From: a virus
Lineage: Duplodnaviria > Caudoviricetes
IMG/VR virus record: IMGVR_UViG_3300017653_000203
Coordinates: 1 to 55,245 of that record
DNA: 55,245 bases
Reading direction: 5' to 3' (one strand)
In this document: positions 17,292-26,355 of the stretch, one piece after another
How positions within the stretch are numbered: the first letter of the stretch is position 1
How the letters are laid out: the number at the start of each line of letters is the position of its first letter
Made by a program: the position numbers and the translations under genes
The notes under the pieces: model-generated
What the model was told of the DNA's origin: nothing
The model's input: only the letters and a program-made list of their open reading frames with translations
Databases searched by the model: none

Positions 17292-18363
17292 CGTCAACTA
17301 TCACGCAATCGTTCGTAAACTTATCGCCGACGACCGCAAGGTTCCGAAGGGGACGAATCTGCAGAACATGCCGTCAAAGGGCGGCGGCGTCCTCGTCCGA
17401 AATCAATTCGTTCCCCGCGCAGGCTATACGTTCGTCGGCGCCGACCTCGGACAAATAGAACCGCGTATCATGGCGCATATCATGTACGTGGAATATGGCG
17501 ATAACTCTATGCGGCAGATTTTCGTCGACGGCACGGACTTGTACACGTCAATGGCGATGATGACGTTCGGACTTGACGAAGAGTATTGCGTTGACAAAGC
17601 GTACGATCCGACGGGCACGTTTAAGCCCCGCGCCATGATGAAAACCGGACAGCTCGCGGTATCTTACGACCAGTCGCCACGTTCCTTTGCGAAGAAAATG
17701 GGCGTAACAGACGACGTCGCCGCGATGTTCTTCGAAAACTTCGACCGGACATTTCCGTCGTTCCGGCAAATGGTTGCCGATATCCGTGATTTCATGCGAA
17801 TCAACGGTTACGTCGAAACGCTGTACGGACGGAAGCGCCGTTTTCCGGACTATAAATCGGTAGCCGCCGAACAGCAACGTAATGAGCAGCGGTTGATCCG
17901 GCTGTATACCGAGCGGAAAGCGTTGCGGAATCGAACGATATTAACGCCGCGCGACGCCGAACGGTTGCAACGAGTCCAGGACGAAATCGACATACTGGCG
18001 GAGAAGCGCGGACTAATCGGATATTGGGATCGGGCGGCATTTAACGCGGTGATTCAAGGAACCGGCGCGGACATTCTGAAAATGAACGGTAACCGTAACT
18101 CGCGGATATGCAAGGAACGCGGATGGGAGTTTAACGCGTCAATCCACGACGAAATTAAGAACTCGATTCCTAACGCGGATTTGACGGAGGGCACTATCGA
18201 GCTAATCGACGATATCATGACGGGAACGTGCGGACCAGACTTAACGGTTCCTCTCGTAACGGATATCGTAATCGAGCCTCGTTGGATGCAGGAGTTCGCG
18301 CCGGAAGAGTGGGATTTCACAGCGTGCCGGCCGAAAGCGGAGTATGCGAATAAATACGAATGA
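17275..18363 (+). CDS. Family A DNA polymerase, C-terminal subunit (palm and fingers)
   Basis: NLQNMP, motif A ADLGQIEPR, motif B RAMMKTGQLAVSY, NAVIQGTGAD, motif C IHDE. Confidence 0.92.
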   Translation: MLTVTDVNYHAIVRKLIADDRKVPKGTNLQNMPSKGGGVLVRNQFVPRAGYTFVGADLGQIEPRIMAHIMYVEYGDNSMRQIFVDGTDLYTSMAMMTFGLDEEYCVDKAYDPTGTFKPRAMMKTGQLAVSYDQSPRSFAKKMGVTDDVAAMFFENFDRTFPSFRQMVADIRDFMRINGYVETLYGRKRRFPDYKSVAAEQQRNEQRLIRLYTERKALRNRTILTPRDAERLQRVQDEIDILAEKRGLIGYWDRAAFNAVIQGTGADILKMNGNRNSRICKERGWEFNASIHDEIKNSIPNADLTEGTIELIDDIMTGTCGPDLTVPLVTDIVIEPRWMQEFAPEEWDFTACRPKAEYANKYE

Positions 18364-18376
18364 GGGAGCGGACCAC

Positions 18377-19030
18377 ATGGCTGAAATTAGCGCGGCAAAG
18401 AAACTCGAATTAATCACGAAGCACGGACGAAAGTTTGCGTCAAAGTCCGAGACGACTCCGGTATTGCAAGGTATCCGTTACCAGGCGGAAGGCTCCGTTG
18501 TAGTAACCGACCGTTACCGCTTGCTCCGAATTGGTGGCGCGCATAGCTTCACGGAGGATTTTACGTCGCACGCCGTGACAGGAGCGCCGATTGACGGTCA
18601 GTATCCGGACACGTCACGCATCATTCCGATGGAGCTTCCGTCGCAGATTACGTTAATAAACGACGGGTTCAAACGCGACGATTTAAAAGCGGCAATAGCG
18701 GCCGTTAAATTATCGGTCGAAGCCGCGAAAGTGTCCGGCGATAAGTCGTACATTACTACGCTTAATTACGAAGGAAGCTCCGTTAATCTATCGGTTACGT
18801 CTGAACATCCTTCGCTAAGTCTAACGGTGGGAATTGCGGCTGACACTTCCGGTAAAGACGCGACCGTAACGTTCAACGCCGAATACTTATTAACGGCGCT
18901 TAACGTATTCAAGGACGCCGGCTCCGGCCGCGTGATTATCGGAATAACTGGCGCGTCGAGTCCGATTGTACTCCGCGACGAAGTTAACGAAATTGATATT
19001 GTAGTGCTTCCGTTCAGGAGGGCGGCGTAG
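18377..19030 (+). CDS. Two-domain DnaN (beta sliding clamp) homologue
   Basis: PVLQGI...TDRYRL, DGQYPDTSRIIP, FNAEYLLTAL, SPIVL...VVLPFR; only 217 aa. Confidence 0.82.
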   Translation: MAEISAAKKLELITKHGRKFASKSETTPVLQGIRYQAEGSVVVTDRYRLLRIGGAHSFTEDFTSHAVTGAPIDGQYPDTSRIIPMELPSQITLINDGFKRDDLKAAIAAVKLSVEAAKVSGDKSYITTLNYEGSSVNLSVTSEHPSLSLTVGIAADTSGKDATVTFNAEYLLTALNVFKDAGSGRVIIGITGASSPIVLRDEVNEIDIVVLPFRRAA

Positions 19031-19278
19031 TGGAACGTTTACAAACGACGCGGTGCGAGTACGAGACGGCGACGTATACTTGCCCGAAATGTCGCACGAG
19101 AATTCAAGTGTTAGCGGACGAGTACGGCGATCATCCGTGCGGCCGCTGCGGTTGGGAACCGTACAATGACGAGGAAGAATCGGAAGATGACGATTGGTTC
19201 GACGATACGTACGATTGCGGGTGCTGTACGTGTTGCGGCTGTATGTGCGGTTTGGATGACGAAGAGGAGGACGAGTAG
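19030..19278 (+). CDS. Cys-rich acidic small protein
   Basis: CPKC, CGRCG, CGCCTCCGCMCG; AGGAGG RBS. Confidence 0.65.
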   Translation: MERLQTTRCEYETATYTCPKCRTRIQVLADEYGDHPCGRCGWEPYNDEEESEDDDWFDDTYDCGCCTCCGCMCGLDDEEEDE

Positions 19279-19545
19279 ATGAAGATTACGGAAACTCACA
19301 GTATCGGAACGGGTTGGGACGAGTACAGTGGTAAAGGCTCGTTGACGGTTACGGTTGAAGATGACGCCGGAAACCGTAAGACTGTCGATATTATGGCGGG
19401 CGAGCCGGAGGACGCCGTATTCTTCCGAGATTTGAACGGAGCGTATTCGATTGCCGGCGCTATTAAACTAGCGTACGAAGCCGGAAAACGTGGCGAGGAA
19501 ATGACGTACGAGTTCGTAGATGAAAACGAAGGCGAGGCGATGTAA
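19279..19545 (+). CDS. Hypothetical protein
   Basis: GGAGG RBS; GEPEDAVFFRDL. Confidence 0.7.
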   Translation: MKITETHSIGTGWDEYSGKGSLTVTVEDDAGNRKTVDIMAGEPEDAVFFRDLNGAYSIAGAIKLAYEAGKRGEEMTYEFVDENEGEAM

Positions 19546-20154
19546 TTGCCCGAAGTATTTACGGTAATCGATATCGAAACAACCGGCCTTAGCGCGGCGA
19601 CCGATCACATTACGGAAATTGCCGCGATTCGCTTCGTAATTGATCCGAACGGCAGCGTGCGTGAACTTGGCCGTTTTCAAACGTACGTTGCGTTACCGGT
19701 CGGTGCCGAGATTCCTCCGTTTATTACGGAGCTGACCGGAATATCAGCGGACACGCTGATGGGCGCCAGTAACGAAACGGAAGCATCGTTGAGTCTCGAA
19801 TTCTTCATCGGCGATTCGACCGTTATAGCGCACAACGCTCCGTTTGATCTATCGTTCTTATCTACACTACATTCGGATAGATTCGTATGTACCCGCGCAC
19901 TTTCGCGCCTAGTCGAACCGTCCGAATCTGCTCGCCTTGCCGACGTCTGTGCACGCCACGGTATCGAACTCGCCGACCATCACCGTGCAATGAATGACGC
20001 CGAAGCGACCGTAAAAGTATTCGCGAAACTGCGGACGGCTGCGGAGGCTAACGGAATAACGTACCGCAACGTCGTTATCGATTCGGAAGAGCGGCCATTG
20101 ACGTACGTACCGAGAAACGCGATTGTACGAAAGATTACGAAGGAGGCGATTTAG
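19546..20154 (+). CDS. DEDDh 3'-5' exonuclease (DnaQ/PolC-exo-like)
   Basis: DIETTG, AHNAPFD, HRAMNDA. Confidence 0.92.
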   Translation: MPEVFTVIDIETTGLSAATDHITEIAAIRFVIDPNGSVRELGRFQTYVALPVGAEIPPFITELTGISADTLMGASNETEASLSLEFFIGDSTVIAHNAPFDLSFLSTLHSDRFVCTRALSRLVEPSESARLADVCARHGIELADHHRAMNDAEATVKVFAKLRTAAEANGITYRNVVIDSEERPLTYVPRNAIVRKITKEAI

Positions 20155-21222
20155 ATAACGAACACGATGTCGCATTTTACACGAATAGGTAACGAACTCG
20201 CCCGCCCACTAACCGAAGAAATCGCCGCAAATTTCCGCAAGTACCTGGACGATTGGCATAGCCGACCGGAGGTTTACGACAACGAGCTGGACGCGCAGAT
20301 TCACCGTTGGTATGCGGATATCTTGACCGATAAACGCCGAGCTGTATGGCCGCCGCGCCACATTCCGTACTTCTCGCCATCGTCCGCCAACTCCGACGCC
20401 CGCGAATTGTACGAAAAAGTCCGTGGCGCCAAGCGCGAACGGACGGGACAGCCTCCGCATCAAGGCCGATGGACAACGCTTGGGACAGCGATCGGCGATA
20501 CGGCGCAAAGGTCGCTACTATTTGCGGAGAAGCACGTTGAAGGCGCAAGATTCCGGTTTGAACGTAACACACAAGCCGAGCCGATGTTCGAAGACTTCGC
20601 GAAGGTTTCCCGTACGATTACGCATAACGGCGCTAGCTTCGCCCTCTACGGAACCTGCGACGGAATTATGCTGTACCGTTCGGACGCTGGCGAAATTATC
20701 CGCGTCGGACTCGAAATTAAATCGAAGCAGACGACATATTCGCAAACGTCGGAATTTAGTCAACGGAACGGCCCGAAAGAGGATCACGTTAAGCAAACGG
20801 TGTGCTACTCGTTGATGTACAGCGAAAACGCCGCGCCGGTCGATTATTACGTAATCCTCTACGTTAACGCATCGAAAAAGGCGTGGAATATGGACGCGGC
20901 CGAGTACGCCAAGAATCCGGACATTGCCGTACATTGTATCGAAATCACCGACGAAATGCGGGCGGCCGTACTCGACAACTTTGCAGACATCGTTAAGGCT
21001 GCAGAGACTTCGTCTCCTCCTCCGCTCAATCTCGGCAAATGGACGTTCAACAACTATAAACGAGCGTGTGCAAACGGACTTACCGTTGACGAGCTGGCGG
21101 CGTTGGAGCGTCAAGTGGCGGCCGTACAGCGGTCCGGCATGAAGGACTACGAAAAGCGTCAATATGCGGAAGCGCTGGCGGAAATACACGCGATCCGAGC
21201 GGAAGGGGCTGCGGCAGCATGA
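20155..21222 (+). CDS. RecB/Cas4-like PD-(D/E)XK exonuclease
   Basis: FSPSS, GTAIG, GTCDGI, LEIKSK, QTVCYS; RBS spacing favours ATA 20155 (ATG 20167 is the alternative). Confidence 0.8.
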   Translation: MTNTMSHFTRIGNELARPLTEEIAANFRKYLDDWHSRPEVYDNELDAQIHRWYADILTDKRRAVWPPRHIPYFSPSSANSDARELYEKVRGAKRERTGQPPHQGRWTTLGTAIGDTAQRSLLFAEKHVEGARFRFERNTQAEPMFEDFAKVSRTITHNGASFALYGTCDGIMLYRSDAGEIIRVGLEIKSKQTTYSQTSEFSQRNGPKEDHVKQTVCYSLMYSENAAPVDYYVILYVNASKKAWNMDAAEYAKNPDIAVHCIEITDEMRAAVLDNFADIVKAAETSSPPPLNLGKWTFNNYKRACANGLTVDELAALERQVAAVQRSGMKDYEKRQYAEALAEIHAIRAEGAAAA

Positions 21223-21524
21223 TGGAGTGGTACGTTGATCGTTCGAAATTCCTCGGTACGTGGACGCTAGTTTCCGTAACAGACCACGAAGGGAACATAA
21301 CAGAACGGGGCGTCCGGAGAGCCGGCGCAAAGGTGACGCTAGCAGGGCGGCCGCATCCCGGACTGCAATTCGCGTACGAATACGCTGACGGATCGGGTGT
21401 TAACGTTACGTCGCGTATCATCGATTGGGAGCGGACGACATCGTTAGGGAATCCGGACAAGCTCGTTGTAAAGACGATGAATAGCGTTTATACGTTCGTT
21501 AAGGAGGCGGCGCCAGTTGATTAG
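21219..21524 (+). CDS. Hypothetical protein
   Basis: ATGA overlap; C-terminal VKTMNSVYTF motif. Confidence 0.65.
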   Translation: MMEWYVDRSKFLGTWTLVSVTDHEGNITERGVRRAGAKVTLAGRPHPGLQFAYEYADGSGVNVTSRIIDWERTTSLGNPDKLVVKTMNSVYTFVKEAAPVD

Positions 21525-21747
21525 GAAAATTACGGTAGGCATTGCGAAGGGGATCGTTAAAGCTAGCGAAATTACAGCGGCAGCAATCGGATTTGCGTTC
21601 CTCATTTCGATACTAACCGGCTTTACGCAGTCCACGGTCGGGTTCCGTATCTGCTGCGCCTTAATGCTCGCCGTGGTTATCGGCTTGAACGTTTATACGG
21701 AGGTTACGAAGGAGGCGGGGAGTCACGGCAAAGTTGACGAAAACTAA
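21517..21747 (+). CDS. Small membrane protein with two TM segments
   Basis: Two hydrophobic stretches; AAGGAGG RBS. Confidence 0.65.
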   Translation: MIRKITVGIAKGIVKASEITAAAIGFAFLISILTGFTQSTVGFRICCALMLAVVIGLNVYTEVTKEAGSHGKVDEN

Positions 21748-22258
21748 ACCCGACCGTTATCTCATTTACGATATCTCGCTAACCTCGCCAGGCTTCGCGG
21801 CAATCGACGTAATAGGGCGAAAGCCCTCGCTCGTAACTACCGACCACGTTAAGACCGACGCAAGCCAGCCGGACGGACAGCGGTTCGCTATCGTTGAGGC
21901 TTTCGCTATTACGACGGCCTCCGGATGGGCTACAGCTTCGGTCGGCTCCGTTACGGTGATCCGCGAGGATTACAAAAACGCGGCGAGCAAGCGGCAAGGG
22001 CAGACGATATACGGCGCATGGGCTGCGGTCGATAGCGGATTGAACCGCTGCGGATTACGGGTCGCGGCGGAGGTTAACGCCAGCACCGTAAAGAAGGCGA
22101 TAGGCGGGCACGGTAAAGCGGACAAGGACGAAGTCGCGGCGGGCGTGCGGCGGATTCTCGGATTGGCGGATGACTACGAGTTTGCGACGGACGATGAAAG
22201 TGATTCGGCAGCGATTGGACTAACGTACCTTATCGAAAAGGGGCTGATTGATACGTGA
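21734..22258 (+). CDS. RuvC-like Holliday junction resolvase
   Basis: DISLTSPGFA, IRED, VKKAIGGHGKADK, DDESDSAAI. Confidence 0.85.
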   Translation: MTKTKPDRYLIYDISLTSPGFAAIDVIGRKPSLVTTDHVKTDASQPDGQRFAIVEAFAITTASGWATASVGSVTVIREDYKNAASKRQGQTIYGAWAAVDSGLNRCGLRVAAEVNASTVKKAIGGHGKADKDEVAAGVRRILGLADDYEFATDDESDSAAIGLTYLIEKGLIDT

Positions 22259-22419
22259 CGGATCGGCTGTATGACCGTTTGTATTACGCCCTTCTCCGCC
22301 AGCGCGACGAGCTGCGGTATCAAGTCGAGATGCAGACGAAATGGCTAGCGGAGAAGCAGGCGAAGTTGGCCGACGTTGAAGCGAGAATCGCCGAATATGA
22401 ACGGAAAGGCGGCGACTAA
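22255..22419 (+). CDS. Small coiled-coil protein, 54 aa (not in ORF track)
   Basis: GTGA overlap with upstream stop; fills the gap before nrdI. Confidence 0.55.
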   Translation: MTDRLYDRLYYALLRQRDELRYQVEMQTKWLAEKQAKLADVEARIAEYERKGGD

Positions 22420-22421
22420 CG

Positions 22422-22781
22422 TTGCTTATCGTTTATTATTCGCTAACCGGTAATGTCCGTCGTTTTGCGCATAAACTCGGCCGGCCCACCGCGCTGTACG
22501 AAATAACGAGCAAGAGCGCTATTGTTACGGAGCCGTTCGTTCTAGTTACGCCGACGACCGGCTTCGGGCAAGTACCGTTCTCAGTCGCGGAGTTTGTCCG
22601 GAATAATAGCGACTTACTCCGCGGCGTGGCGGCGAGCGGCAATCGTAATTGGGGGGTTAATTTCGGACGGGCCGGCGAGTTAATTGCGGAACAATACGGC
22701 GTACCGCTGCTATTGCGGTTTGAATTATCGGGAACAGACGAGGACGTACAGAAATTTATAACGGAGGTTGAGCGGCTATAA
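22422..22781 (+). CDS. nrdI: Class Ib ribonucleotide reductase flavodoxin NrdI
   Basis: YYSLTGNVRRF, TPTTGFGQVP, ASGNRNWG, FELSGT. Confidence 0.95.
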   Translation: MLIVYYSLTGNVRRFAHKLGRPTALYEITSKSAIVTEPFVLVTPTTGFGQVPFSVAEFVRNNSDLLRGVAASGNRNWGVNFGRAGELIAEQYGVPLLLRFELSGTDEDVQKFITEVERL

Positions 22782-24868
22782 CGAATCACATCGAATTAAA
22801 CAACGAAATTATGCAGCGCGACGAGTCCGGATGGTTCCGGCTTGACCGTGACCAGGCAGCAATTGACGCATTCTTAGCGGAGGTAGTGGCGAGCACGAAG
22901 AAATTCCGCCACGATCCGGACAGATTCCGCTGGCTTGTTAGAAACGGATACTATTACGATGCATACTCGCAGTATGACGAGGAAGATATCGCCGAAATCC
23001 ACCGTTTATGTTATTCGTACAACTTCCGATTTGCGTCATACATGGCCGCGTCCAAGTTTTACAAGGACTACGCGCTAAAAACGGACGACAAGGCGCAGTA
23101 TCTCGAAGATTACGAACAGCACGTCGCAATCGTAGCGCTATATCTCGGACAAGGTAGCTTCGCCCTCGCCGAACGTTTTGCCCGCGCAATGATGGAACAG
23201 CGGCTACAGCCCGCAACGCCTACGTTTATGAACGCGGGACGGGCGAAACGCGGCGAGATGGTATCGTGCTTTCTACTCGAAATGGACGATTCGCTAAATT
23301 CGATTAACTACGTGCTTGGTACGTGTATGCAACTTTCGAAGATTGGCGGCGGCGTGGCGGTCAACCTATCGAAACTACGGGGACGCGGCGAGCCGATTAA
23401 GGGCGTAGAGGGCGCGGCAAAAGGCGTCATGCCCGTTATGAAGCTGATGGAAGATGCGTTCTCGTACGCTGATCAAATGGGACAACGAAAAGGTTCCGGC
23501 GCGGCGTATTATAACGTTTTCGGATGGGACGTACTCGAATTTCTCGATTGTAAGAAGATTAATGCAGACGAAAAAACGCGGATCAAAACGTTAAGCATCG
23601 GGTTAATTACGCCGGCAAAGTTCTACGAATTAGCATCCGGAGATCAGCCGTTATATGTATTCGGACCGTTCTCCGTATATAAAGCGTACGGACGGCACCT
23701 CGACGACATGAGCATGACGGAAATGTACGACGAATTGGTTGCGAATCCTGCCGTTAAGAAGCGTCAAGTCGGAACAGCACGCGAAATGCTGGAACGGATC
23801 GCAGTAACGCAGTTACAGTCGGGATATCCGTACATTGCAAACGTAGATAATGCGAACGAACAGCACGCGCTCGGCGGACTCGGACGTATCAAAATGTCGA
23901 ACTTATGTACCGAAATTTTCCAGTTACAAGAGACGTCGACCATTGCGGACGAGGGCGAAGAAGGCACCGAATATCGTCGCGACATTTCGTGTAATCTCGC
24001 TAGTCTTAATATCGTCAACGTAATGGAGTCCGGTAAACTACGCGAATCAGTACATGTCGGTATGGACGCGTTAACGGTCGTATCGGATTTATCGCGGATA
24101 CCTAACGCACCAGGCGTCCGTAAAGCTAACGCGGAGTTGCATTCCGTAGGGCTCGGCGTCATGAACCTTAACGGATTCCTCGCGAAAAATAAGATTCCGT
24201 ACGAGTCCGAGGAGGCCCGCGATTTCTGCCGGACATTCTTCGCGGCGATGAACTTTTATTCGTTGGAAGCGTCGATGCAGATTGCGAAAGAGCGCGGCAT
24301 TACGTTTAAAGGGTTCGAGCAATCCGATTATGCCAGCGGTAAGTATTTCGAACGTTATACCGCGGATAACTATTGGCCTATGACTGATAAAGTGCGTTCC
24401 CTTTTCGCTAATATTCCGCTACCGTCTGTTGCAGATTGGAGATACTTAGCGTCGGCAGTCAAGCATTTCGGACTCTATCACGCTTACCGCTTAGCCATCG
24501 CCCCAACGCAGTCTATCTCGTACATTCAAAACGCCACATCATCCGTTATGCCTATCGTAGAACATATCGAAACGCGTACGTACGCCAACGCTACGACATA
24601 CTATCCGATGCCGTTCCTTTCTCCGGAGAATATGTTCGTTTATAAGTCGGCGTACAATATCGATCAGTTTAAGCTTATCGATTTAATCGCGGAGATTCAG
24701 CCGCACATCGACCAGGGGATTTCGACGATACTCTACGTCAACTCCGACGTAAGCACGCGGACGCTCGGCCGGTTATATGCGTACGCCAATTATCGCGGAC
24801 TTAAATCGCTATACTATACGAGAACGCAACGGTTGAAGCCGGAAGAATGTACGAGCTGCGCAATCTAA
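22778..24868 (+). CDS. nrdE: Class Ib ribonucleotide reductase alpha subunit
   Basis: PATPTFMNAG, SCFL, SNLCTEI, APTQSISY, C-terminal CTSC; conserved HIELNNEI lies upstream of the first ATG, implying an ATA start at 22778. Confidence 0.95.
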   Translation: MTNHIELNNEIMQRDESGWFRLDRDQAAIDAFLAEVVASTKKFRHDPDRFRWLVRNGYYYDAYSQYDEEDIAEIHRLCYSYNFRFASYMAASKFYKDYALKTDDKAQYLEDYEQHVAIVALYLGQGSFALAERFARAMMEQRLQPATPTFMNAGRAKRGEMVSCFLLEMDDSLNSINYVLGTCMQLSKIGGGVAVNLSKLRGRGEPIKGVEGAAKGVMPVMKLMEDAFSYADQMGQRKGSGAAYYNVFGWDVLEFLDCKKINADEKTRIKTLSIGLITPAKFYELASGDQPLYVFGPFSVYKAYGRHLDDMSMTEMYDELVANPAVKKRQVGTAREMLERIAVTQLQSGYPYIANVDNANEQHALGGLGRIKMSNLCTEIFQLQETSTIADEGEEGTEYRRDISCNLASLNIVNVMESGKLRESVHVGMDALTVVSDLSRIPNAPGVRKANAELHSVGLGVMNLNGFLAKNKIPYESEEARDFCRTFFAAMNFYSLEASMQIAKERGITFKGFEQSDYASGKYFERYTADNYWPMTDKVRSLFANIPLPSVADWRYLASAVKHFGLYHAYRLAIAPTQSISYIQNATSSVMPIVEHIETRTYANATTYYPMPFLSPENMFVYKSAYNIDQFKLIDLIAEIQPHIDQGISTILYVNSDVSTRTLGRLYAYANYRGLKSLYYTRTQRLKPEECTSCAI

Positions 24869-24902
24869 CGAAAAATTAACGAAAGGGGGTCGCCATCAAC
24901 GA

Positions 24903-25889
24903 ATGAAATGTACAAATTGGAACGTGCCGGAGGATTTCGCTAATACGTTTTGGGATCAGAACTTAGCGCAGTTTTGGATCGATACCGAGTTCCCTATTTC
25001 GGACGATCTCGGCGATTGGAACGGACTTACCGAGGCGGAACGGACGGTGTACAAACGTGTACTCGCGGGCCTTACCGGACTCGACACGCAACAAGGCGGA
25101 GAAGGAATGCCGTTAATAGCGTTGCATACGGAGGACGGCCGGCAGAAAGCGGTAATGACGTTCATGGCGGCTATGGAACAGATTCACGCTAAATCGTACT
25201 CTACGATATTTACAACGCTGACCACTTCGGAAGATACAGCTTATTTACTCGATAGGTGGGCGCCGAATCAGCGGAATCTCAAATACAAAGCGGAGCGGAT
25301 CGGTGAATATTACCGCGCATTGATCAAACCGGACGCAACGTTGTATGAGCGGTACATGGCGTGCGTGGCTTCGGTATTTCTCGAATCGTTTCTGTTTTAT
25401 AGCGGGTTTTATTATCCGCTATATCTCGGCGGTCAAGGTAAGGTTACGACGTCGGCCGAAGTCATCCGCAAAATTATGATCGATGAAGCGATTCACGGAC
25501 TGTTCGTCGGATACGTAGCACAGGGGATTTACGGAAGGTTGACGGAATCGGAACGAGAGCGCGCTGCCGCCGAAACGGACGAGTTGCTTGCAGACTTGCA
25601 CGCGAACGAAGTCGAGTATACGCGTGATATTTACGGCGAAATCGGCCTTGCCGACGACGTTATGCGATTCGTTGAATATAACGCTAACCGTGCGTTGATG
25701 CAGCTCGGACTTGAACCGGCGTTCACTCCGGAACCTTACTCCGCAATTGTGGCGAACGGCATCGACACAGGAACGCGTAATCACGATTTCTTCTCGCAAA
25801 AGGGCGATGGCTATGTTATGGCGCTAAATATCGAGCCGATGACGGACGCGGATTTCGTATTCGAAACGCCGGTGCTGCGAAAAATTTAA
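24903..25889 (+). CDS. nrdF: Class Ib ribonucleotide reductase beta subunit
   Basis: GLTGLDT, MEQIHAKSY, LESFLFYSGF, DEAIHG, HDFFS. Confidence 0.95.
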   Translation: MKCTNWNVPEDFANTFWDQNLAQFWIDTEFPISDDLGDWNGLTEAERTVYKRVLAGLTGLDTQQGGEGMPLIALHTEDGRQKAVMTFMAAMEQIHAKSYSTIFTTLTTSEDTAYLLDRWAPNQRNLKYKAERIGEYYRALIKPDATLYERYMACVASVFLESFLFYSGFYYPLYLGGQGKVTTSAEVIRKIMIDEAIHGLFVGYVAQGIYGRLTESERERAAAETDELLADLHANEVEYTRDIYGEIGLADDVMRFVEYNANRALMQLGLEPAFTPEPYSAIVANGIDTGTRNHDFFSQKGDGYVMALNIEPMTDADFVFETPVLRKI

Positions 25890-25918
25890 GCGGAAGATAC
25901 AAGAAAAGTGACGTAGTA

Positions 25919-25953
25919 ATGTCCCAATTCCGCGAAAACGTGTACTTACTATA
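25919..25953 (+). promoter_or_regulatory. Putative phage-sigma promoter, copy 2
   Basis: ATGTCCCAA...TGTACTTACTATA as at 10540-10574. Confidence 0.55.
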
Positions 25954-25992
25954 GTGTAAGGCCGACTACACAATGCGAAAGGAGTCGATTGT

Positions 25993-26355
25993 ATGGAAGA
26001 AACGAAAGTTGACGTAATGTCGGGCTTTGACGTACTCAACACGCTAGGCGGCGGAACGGTTACGGATATAGCGGATTGGGTCGTCCTCGTCAAAGTATTA
26101 CTGTTTCTAACGGCTTTAATAGCGCTTTTACTCGCACATATTATAGAGGATGTACCTACCGGAATTGTAGGAGCCGTCGCGTTATTGGTGTTAATTTTCT
26201 TCGCAATCTCCGGCGTCGGTGAAACGGAAGTTCCCGAACCGGTCCGCTACGAAATCACGGTTAAGGACGGACACGTTATCGATGCCAGCCGATGGAATAT
26301 CGTCGAGCAGCGCGGGCAAATTTACGTCATTGAAGAACGGAAGGTGAGCGAATGA
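25993..26355 (+). CDS. Membrane protein with two TM segments
   Basis: Hydrophobic segments; AAAGGAG RBS. Confidence 0.7.
   Translation: MEETKVDVMSGFDVLNTLGGGTVTDIADWVVLVKVLLFLTALIALLLAHIIEDVPTGIVGAVALLVLIFFAISGVGETEVPEPVRYEITVKDGHVIDASRWNIVEQRGQIYVIEERKVSE

Noticed and set aside
17015-17352. T4 gene 60-style ribosomal bypass between matching GGG codons
   Set aside because: The take-off codon is not followed by a stop and the 335-nt gap is far longer than known hops; kept only as a remote alternative
17012-17355. Group I intron interrupting the polymerase, as in SPO1-like phages
   Set aside because: No recognisable P7 (R/S) core or convincing P1; the interval is filled by an ORF with its own RBS and by the coding tails of both halves. 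RT-PCR would settle it
17018-17355. Canonical split intein
   Set aside because: The tails are only about 16 and 26 aa; the C-part lacks the terminal His-Asn before the Thr and no Hint-domain blocks are visible
20518-21330. Long minus-strand ORF (270 aa) and the many other antisense ORFs in the track
   Set aside because: Shadows of well-supported + strand genes, with no RBS and no recognisable motifs
22422-25889. nrdIEF without nrdH, or possible introns/inteins in nrdE and nrdF
   Set aside because: Absence of nrdH is normal in Bacillales, which use thioredoxin; both ORFs are uninterrupted with normal length and NrdF has standard metal ligands
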